A stretch of DNA of 64,000 nt, taken from positions 32,001 to 96,000 of the forward strand of contig JAHPZI010000001.1 of the NCBI GenBank assembly GCA_019058295.1, read 5' to 3'. Under the pieces are notes generated by a model, which saw nothing but the letters and a program-made list of their open reading frames with translations, was not told where the DNA came from and ran no database searches. The position numbers were made by a program, and so were the translations under genes. This DNA is from Promethearchaeota archaeon (GTDB lineage: Archaea; Asgardarchaeota; Lokiarchaeia; Sigyniarchaeales; SOKP01). Positions 51,018 to 61,723 of the stretch are shown piece by piece. The stretch's first letter is position 1. Each line of letters opens with the position of its first letter.

Positions 51018-51097
51018 TGTTTTAGGGTTTAATTTATAAAAACAATTTTATTGTTTATAAGCTTTTTTTTTATATATAAAGATTTTAATCAAGATTT

Positions 51098-52348
51098 ATG
51101 GGAAATAATAGCAAAAATCAACCAGAACTACTTGCTCCAGCGCAAGATTGGAATACTTTAAAAATTGTAAGAGGTTTAACGGACGCGGTTTATTTTGGAG
51201 TAGAAAATTATAATATGCGAGCAAAGGCTAGAAATTTTAAACAAGAAGAATTATTTGAAATTTCTGAATATTGTCATGACTCAAAACCAAGAATTAATGC
51301 TTATTTATGTACTAATATTTTAATTTATGACTCAGAATTACAAGATTTAGAATCTTTAATCGCAGATGCTAAAGATGCTAATATCGATGCTATTATTACC
51401 CACGATCTTGCATCGATTAAAATTGCAAAAAGAAATAATATGAACTTTCACGTATCTACGCAAGCAAATATCTCTAATATTGAATCTGCTAAATTTTACG
51501 AAGATTTAGGAGCTGAAAGAATAGTTCTTGCTCGGGAGTTATCTCTCAAACAAATTGCCGAAATAAAGGCGCACTTAAAAAAAATAAAGATTGAATGTTT
51601 TGTCCACGGTTCAATGTGTACCTCCATTTCCGGAAGATGTTATTTTTCGGCCACAATTACCGATTCTGAGGAATATTCTGCTAATCGAGGGAATTGTGTT
51701 CAGCCATGTAGAAGAGAATGGAGGCTAGTTGATGAAGAAGATAATGAATTTATTTACAACGGACAGCTATTTTTAAACGCAAAGGATCTCTGTATGATTG
51801 AATATATTCCGGAGTTAATTAATGCCAATATCGACTCATTTAAAATCGAAGGTCGGATGAAAGATCCTTTATATGTTAAGACTGTGACAGAATGTTATCG
51901 GGAAGCGATAGATTGTTATTTTAATGGAACCTACTCTAAAGACAAAGTTAAAAAGTGGTTAGAACGTTTATCAAAAGTTTTTAATCGAGGGTTTCATACT
52001 GGTTTCTTTTTTCACAGACCTAACGTGGAAGATATTGAATTAGAGAAAAGAGGCAATATTTCTCCTTATAAAAAAAATTATATTGGGAAGATTTTATCTT
52101 TTCATAAAAAAAGCATGTCAGCCAATATTCTGGTTGAAAAAAGGGAATTCTTTTTAAAAGTAGGCGACCAAATTATAATTAGTGGAAAAGAATCATATAA
52201 TATTGAAAACGTAAAAAAAATAATTTTTAGAGGAGAAAAAGTTAAAAAAGTGATCAGGAGAGAAAAAGATAATCCTATTAGAATTAATCTCCCTCTAAAT
52301 AAGGAGTATTCAACAAACGATAAAATTTATATCGTTTCCAAGGTTTAA
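51098..52348 (+). CDS. Peptidase U32 family (TrhP-like Fe-S RNA hydroxylation protein)
   Basis: PELLAPA, HVSTQ, LARELS, HGSMC...SGRC, NRGNCVQPCR, KIEGRMK. Confidence 0.9.
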   Translation: MGNNSKNQPELLAPAQDWNTLKIVRGLTDAVYFGVENYNMRAKARNFKQEELFEISEYCHDSKPRINAYLCTNILIYDSELQDLESLIADAKDANIDAIITHDLASIKIAKRNNMNFHVSTQANISNIESAKFYEDLGAERIVLARELSLKQIAEIKAHLKKIKIECFVHGSMCTSISGRCYFSATITDSEEYSANRGNCVQPCRREWRLVDEEDNEFIYNGQLFLNAKDLCMIEYIPELINANIDSFKIEGRMKDPLYVKTVTECYREAIDCYFNGTYSKDKVKKWLERLSKVFNRGFHTGFFFHRPNVEDIELEKRGNISPYKKNYIGKILSFHKKSMSANILVEKREFFLKVGDQIIISGKESYNIENVKKIIFRGEKVKKVIRREKDNPIRINLPLNKEYSTNDKIYIVSKV

Positions 52349-52401
52349 GTCTAAAAATTTTAAACTAGAATGTTTTAATTAGGTATAATTAAAGATCAAC
52401 C

Positions 52402-53076
52402 ATGAGTTTTAAGGAAAAACGAAAGGAATTAGTTGAAAGCCTAATTAAAAGGAAAATTTTAACTAAAACAAAAGTAATTGATGCAATGCTAAAGGTACCA
52501 AGAGAGAAATTTTTAGCTGAAAAAGCGCAATCTTCAGCTTATTTGGACACTCCCTTATCAATCGGATTAGGACAAACAATTAGCGCCCCTCATATGAACG
52601 CCATGATGTGTGAATATCTTGAGCTTAAAGAAGGAGATAAAGTTTTAGAAATAGGAACGGGTTCAGGATATCATGCTGCTCTATGTGCTGAATTAGTAGC
52701 TCCAGAGAATTCTCAAAATCCGGGTCACGTTTTTACTATTGAAAGGCACAAAGAATTAGTAGAAAGAGCAAAAATAAGTCTTAAGGAAACTGGCTACAAT
52801 AGCTCTGTTACAGTTATCCACGGAGATGGGACTTTAGGATACGGGGAAGCTGCTCCTTATGATAAGATATTAGTTACTGCTGCGTCACCAGAAAAAGTAC
52901 CTCCCCCTTTGAAAAAGCAATTAAAAGATGGGGGCATTCTTTGTATACCTGCAGGTTCTAAAAGTTTTGGTCAAAATTTATATATAGTAAGAAGGAAAGG
53001 AGAACAATTTAAAAGCAAAAAGATTACAGGTGTTCGGTTTGTCCCTTTACTAGGCCGACATGGATTTAAAGAATAA
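52402..53076 (+). CDS. pcm: Protein-L-isoaspartate O-methyltransferase
   Basis: VPREKF, GQTISAPHM, VLEIGTGSGY, APYDKILVTAA, RFVPL. Confidence 0.95.
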   Translation: MSFKEKRKELVESLIKRKILTKTKVIDAMLKVPREKFLAEKAQSSAYLDTPLSIGLGQTISAPHMNAMMCEYLELKEGDKVLEIGTGSGYHAALCAELVAPENSQNPGHVFTIERHKELVERAKISLKETGYNSSVTVIHGDGTLGYGEAAPYDKILVTAASPEKVPPPLKKQLKDGGILCIPAGSKSFGQNLYIVRRKGEQFKSKKITGVRFVPLLGRHGFKE

Positions 53077-53379
53077 ATTTTTCTAATCTATTGAATCGAA
53101 ATCAGAAAGTTTATAAATCAGAAGGTTTGTTATTTTTTCGTTTAATTAATTTCGCTCGCAGATTCCTTATGGTTTCGTTTTTTTGAATGGTTTCACGGAC
53201 ATTTTTATTTGCAATAGGCCAGGAAACGCGTTTTTCGAAATTATTGTTTCTCATGAGATTTAATATTTTCATGTTTTATTATTACTTTAATAATATTTTA
53301 GATTCAGTATTTATAAAGATAGTTAAATCCGACAAAATTACATTATTGTGAAAAAATATATTAGTAAAAACTGAGAAAA

Positions 53380-55557
53380 TTATCCAATTTTAAGTATAAG
53401 ATTAATTGCAAATTCTTTATCAAGTTTAAAAATAGGAGCTATATTTATTCCTTGATATATGCTTTGATATCCTTCATCAGTGTGAACGTAAGCTATAATT
53501 GGGAATTTATTAATATTGATTAAATCTTTACTACCTGAAAGTAATATTTCAAAGTTTAAATCATAGGTTTCATCGTATGCTTTAAAATGTGAACATTTAA
53601 ATTGATATGGTTCTAATAGTTCTTTTTCTTTTTCACTTTTAAGATTTAATTCCATGCTTTCCCATTGGAAATTCTCTGTATTACCATTAAAGAAAATTGG
53701 AAGATCGAACGCAATTCGTATGTAATTTATGATATTTTCCAATATTTCACCCTTACCAGGAATCTCCTCAAATTTACCCTTAATAGCTATTAAAATTTTA
53801 TTTTCTTCGATACCAATTTTTTTAGTGATGATACAGGGAATTCTTTCATCAGAATTAGGATCCTTTATGCTTCCAACCTTTTCAAGCTCAATATGAGCTG
53901 AAGTTTTAATTTTTTCGTTTTTGGTAACTCTAAATTCACCGTTAACAAAATCACCAAATTCATAAAACTTATCCTCTTGAAGTTGTTCAAAAGTCACGTC
54001 ATCGTGTAAAAATCTTAAGCGGAACATAGTTTTTCTATATCTATCTACCATAATCTCATTTGACTCAATCTTCTCGTCTTTATGATAAGCTTCATACCAT
54101 CGCGTTAACGTACTCAACAAATTATAAGATTTTGGTTTGAAATCTAATTCAAACAATGTTCCCCCATCAGAAGGGTCAAAATATGCGTTAAGAACATCTG
54201 ATTCAATTAGGATGTCTAATTTACTATTCTTATTAAAATCTAGAGGAGTTATTGAGATATAAGAAGAACTTATGTTTGGATAAATCACGGGCATTACCTC
54301 ATCGATTATTTTTTCAGCATTTATTAAATGCGTATATACAGAAAATCTTAGGAACTGTAAATAAATTCCTCCAAACATTCCGTGCCAATAACAATCGTTG
54401 CATTGTGCTTTATAAATTTCATCCCATGCCTTGTCTATTTTTCCTTTAATTTCTGAGTCAAGTGCTTTATCTGAGTTTTCTTTTAACCGTTCTTCAATTT
54501 GAATTAATTTTTCTCTTACATAAAGCATTTTTTTGTGCATATTATTTGATTCTGGATATTTTACGAGAAAATATCGCCAAAATCCCCCCGATAAAAATTG
54601 ATATGCTTCCTTCCAATCTTCATCTTTTTTAATATTTTTTCTAATTTTTTTATACTTCTTCCTGATATGCGTTGGCAATACCCATTCTTCCATCTTATCA
54701 TAGCTTGCTGTAGGAATATACAATAAACTTTTCGCAGGATGTTGCCTCATATATTCTGATAAGGTTATTGATTTAATCCAGTTGTTATTTACGATTTGTT
54801 CAAAAAAAGCTGGAATAAATGGTTTTTTTCCATCTCCATCATGATGACCAAATCCGTCCACATAACAGATTTCATGTGTGGTCCCCCATACACCCATTTT
54901 TTCCGCATCAGATATTAAAAGAGCAATTCTATCTCCATTTTCATCAGCCGCTTTTCTTAAGTAATCAATTGATAAATAGGTTGGTTTCCATGGTGTTAAA
55001 TATCGCAGTTCTTCATTTATTGGAAATATTCTCAAAGTCTTTCCTTCATCTTCGGTAACATAAGTATAGAACGTATCATCTTCAGCAAGACCGCAAGATC
55101 TTAGATGATTATCATCAACAATAATGTATTTTAATCCAACCTCATTCAAAAATGATGGATAACTCGGTTCCCATACTCTTTCAGATAACCAAGCACCTTT
55201 TACTTCTAAGCCGAATTCCTTATTGATTAGGTTAGATAATTTTTTCATTTGAGCGATTCGATCTCTATGTGGAATAATCGCAAACATAGGTTCGTAATAT
55301 CCACCACCGATTATCTCAATTTGACCTCGTTTTGCCATGGTTTTTAGTTTTTCAATGAATTCTGGTTTATTTTCTAAAAACCACTCAAGTAAATTTCCGG
55401 AAAAATGAAGTGTAACTTTAACTTCTGGAAACTTATATATATTATTTATTAAAGGTCCATATGCTTTTTTAAAACAATCTTCAAACACCCATTGAAAATT
55501 ATCGACGGGTTGATGAAAATGAAAAACCATGGGTAAGTATATAGTTTTTTCAACCAT
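53380..55557 (-). CDS. GH57 alpha-amylase / 4-alpha-glucanotransferase
   Basis: HFHQP, GGGYYEP, WLSERVW, DAEK, QCND.YWHG; ATG MVEK preferred as start. Confidence 0.92.
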   Translation of the reverse strand: MVEKTIYLPMVFHFHQPVDNFQWVFEDCFKKAYGPLINNIYKFPEVKVTLHFSGNLLEWFLENKPEFIEKLKTMAKRGQIEIIGGGYYEPMFAIIPHRDRIAQMKKLSNLINKEFGLEVKGAWLSERVWEPSYPSFLNEVGLKYIIVDDNHLRSCGLAEDDTFYTYVTEDEGKTLRIFPINEELRYLTPWKPTYLSIDYLRKAADENGDRIALLISDAEKMGVWGTTHEICYVDGFGHHDGDGKKPFIPAFFEQIVNNNWIKSITLSEYMRQHPAKSLLYIPTASYDKMEEWVLPTHIRKKYKKIRKNIKKDEDWKEAYQFLSGGFWRYFLVKYPESNNMHKKMLYVREKLIQIEERLKENSDKALDSEIKGKIDKAWDEIYKAQCNDCYWHGMFGGIYLQFLRFSVYTHLINAEKIIDEVMPVIYPNISSSYISITPLDFNKNSKLDILIESDVLNAYFDPSDGGTLFELDFKPKSYNLLSTLTRWYEAYHKDEKIESNEIMVDRYRKTMFRLRFLHDDVTFEQLQEDKFYEFGDFVNGEFRVTKNEKIKTSAHIELEKVGSIKDPNSDERIPCIITKKIGIEENKILIAIKGKFEEIPGKGEILENIINYIRIAFDLPIFFNGNTENFQWESMELNLKSEKEKELLEPYQFKCSHFKAYDETYDLNFEILLSGSKDLININKFPIIAYVHTDEGYQSIYQGINIAPIFKLDKEFAINLILKIG

Positions 55558-55717
55558 TAGATAGGACACCAATTATTTAAGTGTATAAACATCATTAAGA
55601 TTTGGTAGAATTTAAGATTATAAATTATTCTTGATCTTAAAATTTATTTTAAGAATTGGAAAAATAAAAAATAATATGGATTAAAAATATAAAAAATAAT
55701 CTAATTCTTTAGATTAC

Positions 55718-56206
55718 TTAATATCTTGTTCTTGTAGCTTGTATACGTATCTTGGCCTTAGTGTCTTCATCTTTGTCTTGTACAATTACATATCTTGTTT
55801 TCTCGGGTAGTTGGATTTCAATTGTTTCTTTAGCTATTTCTTGATCTTTCTTTAAATGGTCTTTTTCTCGCAAAATGACATCTAAATTAATAGTAAGAGA
55901 TTTTCCCTTTCTCACTGTTTTAAATTCACTCCAAATAGTCATATCTGCCTTACTTGTGAAGACCTGATTTTTAGCTAATTTTATAACTCCTTTATGAGGG
56001 TATCTGGACTTGAGCATCTTATCGCCATCGACTCTAAGATAAAACTCTCCTACTCGACCAAGTGCATCATAATCTTTTCTAGTCTTTAATGAAAGTAAAT
56101 CTAAGCTAACTTGAAACCTCTCCTTTTCCTTTCCCACATTATCTTGACTGAAGCTTTCATCTGTTGCATGAGTTTTTTTACCTTTTACATACATTCGACG
56201 TGGAAT
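55718..56206 (-). CDS. Hypothetical beta-rich (C2-like?) protein
   Basis: 158+ aa ORF; AGGTGA RBS lies 6 nt before an in-frame ATT at 56206. Confidence 0.55.
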   Translation of the reverse strand: MPRRMYVKGKKTHATDESFSQDNVGKEKERFQVSLDLLSLKTRKDYDALGRVGEFYLRVDGDKMLKSRYPHKGVIKLAKNQVFTSKADMTIWSEFKTVRKGKSLTINLDVILREKDHLKKDQEIAKETIEIQLPEKTRYVIVQDKDEDTKAKIRIQATRTRY

Positions 56207-56330
56207 TTTATATCACCTTTTTTTTTATAATTCTAATAAAGTTTACAAATATATAGTTTAACAAAATTTAAGTATTTTTAATAACAACACCATATATTAA
56301 ATAAAGAATACTATAATTAGGGGATACATT

Positions 56331-57797
56331 ATAGTAGAAAATCAAAGTTTTAATAACGAAAACGATTTAATACCGCTCAAGGAAAAGCTATCCTATTCCT
56401 TTGCGAACATGCCGGGTATCTTTTTCGGGGCCATGATGGGCGTGATTCAGTCGTTTTATTACGCTTGGATGGGTTTGCAATGGATATGGATTACCATTGC
56501 TCAAATCATTTACGCTATTTGGAACGTCGTAAATGATCCTCTCTTTGGCAACCGTATTAACAACACAAAATATGTGAATAAAAAGGGAGAACTTCAAAGA
56601 TACATTCCCTACATAAAGTTTGGGGCTCCGATTTTTAGTCTTGCTTTTGCGTTAGTGTTTTTTCCACCCGATACGCTTCGGGGTAAATCCGATTTTTCTT
56701 TTCAGTTTTGGCTTTTTGTTTGGTATTTAGTGTCACAATTAGCTTATGATACGATGTTTACCATAGTGCTCTGTGCGTGGGTTGCATTGTTACCACAAAT
56801 GAGCTTAAATCAGAGAGAGCGTGAAAAAGTCCAGCTTTTATGTTCCATATTTGGATTCCCCGCAATAATAATTGGATTTGCGGTTCCAGTTGCTCTATTA
56901 TCGAATCCAACGCCTAATTCCATTTTTATATTTCAAGTACTTGTAGTAATTATTGCTATGTTCGGAGTTATTCCTTATTTGATCATTGCAAAATATGTAT
57001 ATGAACGCCCTGAATTTAATCCAGAAAAATCGGTTGGGATCTTTAAATCCTTTAAATTGGCTTTTAAAAATCGATCCTATCTCGTTTATGTTATTTATGA
57101 TGGGATTTCCGTTTTTATAATCAACATTAACATGGTTGCGCTTCCATTTTTTCTTTATTGGGTGCTCGGAAACTCACCTGGATTTAATGCACTTCTATTT
57201 TGGATTGGTCCTATAATCTGTCTAGTTATCGGTATAGTATTATCCTTAAAAATTGCGGAAAAGACATCCACAAAATTTGCTATAACATTCTATCTTTCTA
57301 TAATTTCAATTGGATTTTTGCTTGTGTTCTTGTTGGCATTAACAGGTAATTGGATTCTAATTTCTATAGGATTTTGTATCATCTTTTTAGGATATCCCGG
57401 GGATTTTATACATCATAATCCTATGCGGGCTGATACAATTGATTATGATCAATGGAAAGTTTCCGGCGAAAGACGGGAGGGTCTTTATGCGGGTATCGGG
57501 GCTATACTTTCAAAACCAATGATTAGCGTTGCTCTAGCAGTTCCTCCCATTATAATGACAGCATACGGTCTGATTTATGTTAAGGATAGCTTACAACCGA
57601 CAATGGGGCTCGAAATGGCACAATTAGCCTTGATTATTTCGATGGGGTTAATACCCGGTATTGTTGCTCTCATCGGTTTAATTATTTGGGTGCTGTTTTA
57701 TCCCTTAAAAAAAGATCTCGTAATCGAGATGAAAACGGAATTAGCTAAAATTAACGAAGAAATGAAAAAGAAGTATCAAGAAAAACAAAAAGTATAA
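56331..57797 (+). CDS. MFS glycoside-pentoside-hexuronide (MelB-like) transporter
   Basis: PLKEKLSYSF (upstream of the ORF-track ATG), WNVVNDPLFG, ADTIDYD...GERREGLY. Confidence 0.9.
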   Translation: MVENQSFNNENDLIPLKEKLSYSFANMPGIFFGAMMGVIQSFYYAWMGLQWIWITIAQIIYAIWNVVNDPLFGNRINNTKYVNKKGELQRYIPYIKFGAPIFSLAFALVFFPPDTLRGKSDFSFQFWLFVWYLVSQLAYDTMFTIVLCAWVALLPQMSLNQREREKVQLLCSIFGFPAIIIGFAVPVALLSNPTPNSIFIFQVLVVIIAMFGVIPYLIIAKYVYERPEFNPEKSVGIFKSFKLAFKNRSYLVYVIYDGISVFIININMVALPFFLYWVLGNSPGFNALLFWIGPIICLVIGIVLSLKIAEKTSTKFAITFYLSIISIGFLLVFLLALTGNWILISIGFCIIFLGYPGDFIHHNPMRADTIDYDQWKVSGERREGLYAGIGAILSKPMISVALAVPPIIMTAYGLIYVKDSLQPTMGLEMAQLALIISMGLIPGIVALIGLIIWVLFYPLKKDLVIEMKTELAKINEEMKKKYQEKQKV

Positions 57798-57904
57798 TCT
57801 TATGTTCTCTTTTTTTCCATTTTTTTTTTAAAAAAGTTCTATAATAGAGATAACCTATAATTATTAGGATAAATTTACTAATTATTAATAATACGCAGTA
57901 ATGA

Positions 57905-59635
57905 ATGGTTAAAATGTTAAAAAATTTAGATAGAAGTATGTTGCAGAATATTTACAACTCTAATGAATTTAAAGGATGGCTTCTTTCGAGGAGATGGTTC
58001 GGAGATAAGTCTGCCTTATCTAACTTAGAGTTCAACGTGAATATTGAATATTTTACCATTCTTTCAGAAAGGATTTTTCTTAATATTATAAAAATTGAAA
58101 CTCCTGTTTACTCAAAATCATATTTTCTGCCTGTCATTTATTATAAAAAAATTCAAGAGATTCTTGAACAAAGTGAAAATAACAAGGATAATATTGTAAG
58201 ACTAACTGAAATTACATTTAGTAAGAAACTTGCGCTTACTATAGGAAATGAGCATAAAATTTTTACACTCAATTTGTTGGAAGCAGAATATTGTATTTTT
58301 TTCTGGAAAAAGATTTTATTTGACAAAGATATTATTGAGGAATTTCCTTCACTTTCTTTGGATCTTTCCCTCTACACTGAACAATTTCAAGATGATATCA
58401 GTAAGAAAGAAGTGCAAAACTTAATAGAGGCAAGTTTATTTCCTAATCGATATAATTACTCACTTCAGCAGCTAGGAGCTGGGAATACTACTAATACCCT
58501 ATTCTTACTAATTCTAGACAAAAAAACCCCTGACCAAAATCCAGTTTCCTTTGTTTTAAAATCGTACAAGGTATATGCGGAAAGTTTAGAACCTTCTATA
58601 TTATATGTTTTAGTGAGAAATAACTTTCCAAATGCGCCTAAAATCTATGGAACGATAAAAATAAAAGGAATCGAAACCCTTGGAATAATTGAAAGTGTCC
58701 AAAATGTTGGGAATATAGGAGCTATAGTCTGGAATGAACTCAACGATATGATCTATGATGTTTTCAAAAAGATAGATGCAGACTATTCTCATCTTTCCGA
58801 AAAAAGCGATATTTCTAATTTTATCAAAAAATATTTCGTTGAGACTCTAAAAATTTCAGAACAAATGGGTATATATATTAATAAACTGCATGAATCACTG
58901 ATATTGCCAGACGAAAAAGATTTTAATGTAGAGATAGTTGATAGCGAAAATTATTTGAGAAATTACACGGAAAAGCTGAATTCTGTAATCTCCGAATTAC
59001 AGAATAATATCAGTCAGAAATCGGAAAAAACCTTTTATAATTTACCAAAAATAAAATCTATCTTACTTGACATATCTATTATTATTGAGAAATTCCGTTC
59101 ACAGTTCGAAGACTCCCAAATAAAAATCCAACCTGTCCATCAAGATCTACATATGGAACAAATCCTCTATAATAAAAGCAATGAAGGGGATTTTGATTTC
59201 TGTTTTATCGATTTTGAGGGGGATCCTCAACTTACAACAGAAGAAAAGAAAAAAAAATATCCAGTTGAAAAAGATTTAGCGTCTCTTTTAAGGTCTCTTA
59301 GTTATATTAAATTCAACACTTTACTTAATTTTATTGAGAAAAAAATAATCCAAAAATACCTTATAGAAGTGCCTGAAGAAATTCTATATAGCCTCTACTT
59401 CCGAAAAGCTGTAATAGGTAAAGGAAAAGTCTTAGAGACTGTCTTAAAAGTACTTAACGTTTGGGAAGAAAAAATAATGAGAAAATTCATAAAAACTCTT
59501 AACCCAAACATCACTTTAACAAATTATTTCACTATAGAGCGCGCTTTACATGAGCTTAACTACGAACTCTTATTTAGACCAAATAAGACAATTGTACCAA
59601 TTTTAGGGTTAAAAGAAATTATCGAAAAATATTGA
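57905..59635 (+). CDS. Maltokinase-like (Mak/Pep2) aminoglycoside-phosphotransferase-fold kinase
   Basis: WLLSRRWFGDK, HQDLHMEQIL, IDFEG, DLASLLRSLSY, ERA.HEL.YE. Confidence 0.8.
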   Translation: MVKMLKNLDRSMLQNIYNSNEFKGWLLSRRWFGDKSALSNLEFNVNIEYFTILSERIFLNIIKIETPVYSKSYFLPVIYYKKIQEILEQSENNKDNIVRLTEITFSKKLALTIGNEHKIFTLNLLEAEYCIFFWKKILFDKDIIEEFPSLSLDLSLYTEQFQDDISKKEVQNLIEASLFPNRYNYSLQQLGAGNTTNTLFLLILDKKTPDQNPVSFVLKSYKVYAESLEPSILYVLVRNNFPNAPKIYGTIKIKGIETLGIIESVQNVGNIGAIVWNELNDMIYDVFKKIDADYSHLSEKSDISNFIKKYFVETLKISEQMGIYINKLHESLILPDEKDFNVEIVDSENYLRNYTEKLNSVISELQNNISQKSEKTFYNLPKIKSILLDISIIIEKFRSQFEDSQIKIQPVHQDLHMEQILYNKSNEGDFDFCFIDFEGDPQLTTEEKKKKYPVEKDLASLLRSLSYIKFNTLLNFIEKKIIQKYLIEVPEEILYSLYFRKAVIGKGKVLETVLKVLNVWEEKIMRKFIKTLNPNITLTNYFTIERALHELNYELLFRPNKTIVPILGLKEIIEKY

Positions 59636-59656
59636 AAATCATGTAAATAAAAAAGA

Positions 59657-60286
59657 TTATTCTTCTTCTAATCTCGCAAACTCGTACGCATAATAGGATT
59701 TAGCTCTCTCAATAGGGCCAATTTTTTTAATGTAATCTTTTTTTTTCTTACTGTCTTTTTCAATCACAGCTGTAGTAAAATCCATCTCGAATTCATCTTC
59801 AGGGGAATAATTAAAGATTTTATAGACAAAAGCCTCAATAAACTTTTCTGGACCGAATTTATTTGAAAATAAAATATAATTCTCTTTATCTATAAATTTA
59901 TTGAAAAAGCCTAGATGCATGCATAGATCAAGTTTATAATCAATATTTTCCAATTGACCTTGCAACCTTGCTAAATCGTTAATAAATCGAGCAAATTTTA
60001 GCCCATATTCTATTTGCGTTTCTTCTTCAAGAGTATGGAGTAATTTTCTAAATGTAGACTTCTTTATACAAATTAAATCCCTATCATCTATCGATCTATT
60101 CGAGTCTTGGTCAATGATTATGTATTTTGCGATCTCTAAATAGTTTCTAATCACATTAGCTTTAGTAATACCCTTAGTATTTTTAATATCTTCTAAAATT
60201 TGATCTAATTCTTTACTGATTCTAACTGTTAAAACGCTCGTTTCTTCTTTTTTTCGATCTATTAATCCAGTTTTACTATCACTCAT
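59657..60286 (-). CDS. Ribbon-helix-helix (CopG-like) domain protein
   Basis: VLTVRISKELDQILEDI....GITKANVIRNYL. Confidence 0.7.
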   Translation of the reverse strand: MSDSKTGLIDRKKEETSVLTVRISKELDQILEDIKNTKGITKANVIRNYLEIAKYIIIDQDSNRSIDDRDLICIKKSTFRKLLHTLEEETQIEYGLKFARFINDLARLQGQLENIDYKLDLCMHLGFFNKFIDKENYILFSNKFGPEKFIEAFVYKIFNYSPEDEFEMDFTTAVIEKDSKKKKDYIKKIGPIERAKSYYAYEFARLEEE

Positions 60287-60876
60287 TTAATAACCTCTAT
60301 AATTAAATTTAATATTAAAAATTTTAAGATTTTAATTTAAATAACTCAAATTTTTAAAGTAATAATTGTATACATTTTTATTTATATAAATATAATAGTG
60401 ACAAAAGAATTTAAATTCTCCATTTGTTTTATTATGTTTTGGTATTTTTTTTATTATTTTATAGTAATTAGCTTCATACTCTTAAATTTTAAAAAAGAGT
60501 TAATTAACCTTCCTTCTTATTAATGATTAAATATAATTCTTGAATAAAAATTAATAATGCTACAATTATTTGTAATAAGAATTGATTCTCAATTTAGGTT
60601 TTTAACTAAATATATATTGAAATCTTCTTAGATATTACATAATTTTTAATATTTTCAAAAATCGGGGCATTTTTAATATAAATAATGTTTCATAAATATA
60701 AATGATCTTCTAAGAGAAACAAAAATTTAAAAAAATATCAAGGAATTTATACTACAAATGCATACAAAGTAATTTTATAATAACTATATTTACAAACGAA
60801 TATATATATTTGTTTTTTATATTTATTTTTCTTTCTTATATTTGTAAAGAAAAACGAAAGAAGGGAAAAAAATATT

Positions 60877-61200
60877 ATGGAAATTTCAGAAAATCAAATT
60901 TTGGCAGTCGAATTAATAAACAAGAGTCATTCTGTTGTAGTTGAATCCGATGACCAAATAGAAGAAATTGTAAAAGCGTTATCTAGTCAAACTAGGCGCA
61001 AAATTTTACGACAGATTCAAACTGAGCCTATGGATGTAAGTAAAATTGCGGCGAACTTAGAGATGACTGAGGCAAATATATCTGCCCAAATAAAAAAATT
61101 GGAGAAAGCAAAATTAGTTTCATGTGAATACAAATCAGGGCAGCACGGAGTAAGAAAAATTAGTCAATTACAATATGATGAAATTAAAATTAGATTTTAA
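60877..61200 (+). CDS. ArsR-family HTH regulator
   Basis: KALSSQTRRKIL...ANISAQIKKLEKAKLV...GVRK. Confidence 0.85.
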   Translation: MEISENQILAVELINKSHSVVVESDDQIEEIVKALSSQTRRKILRQIQTEPMDVSKIAANLEMTEANISAQIKKLEKAKLVSCEYKSGQHGVRKISQLQYDEIKIRF

Positions 61201-61294
61201 TCTATCAATATTCTCGATTATAATAAATTAACAAATATTAATTAAATTTAACTTCCTAAGAATACTCAAAAGGCAAAATTAGTTAAAATTTTGT

Positions 61295-61666
61295 TTAATC
61301 TTTACTTAATTTTGAGGTAATTTCTTTCAAATATAGTTTCATCAAGTGCCTTTCATTAGAACAAAATTCTATTTTAAGCTTATTGGACAAATTATTGGAG
61401 TTTAAGTAGATAAAACGATTTTTATTGAGTAATTCAAGATAAGTATTTTTATCTTTTTTAAGTTGTTCATTGATGAAGTTTTTATACTCCTTCTTAAAAA
61501 AACTGGGAGTTAAGGTTGATTGTGGATTGCTCTCTAAAATAGCGGTATAATTTTCCTTAAGTACGCCTGAACTCATAAAAACTTTTAAGCTTTTTTTTTT
61601 ATAAAATAATACATAGGAATTTATTAAAAAAAGAGGGGGCTTTTGGTTTAGTATTTTTCTGAGCAA
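61295..61666 (-). CDS. Hypothetical protein (start uncertain)
   Basis: ORF only. Confidence 0.35.
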   Translation of the reverse strand: MLRKILNQKPPLFLINSYVLFYKKKSLKVFMSSGVLKENYTAILESNPQSTLTPSFFKKEYKNFINEQLKKDKNTYLELLNKNRFIYLNSNNLSNKLKIEFCSNERHLMKLYLKEITSKLSKD

Positions 61667-61723
61667 AATAGGCTTAATCTAATATAACGAAAAGAAAAAG
61701 ATAATATATATACAATTCAAATA

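Noticed and set aside
60287-60876. Replication origin
   Set aside because: AT-rich, but no ORB repeats or adjacent cdc6/orc1.
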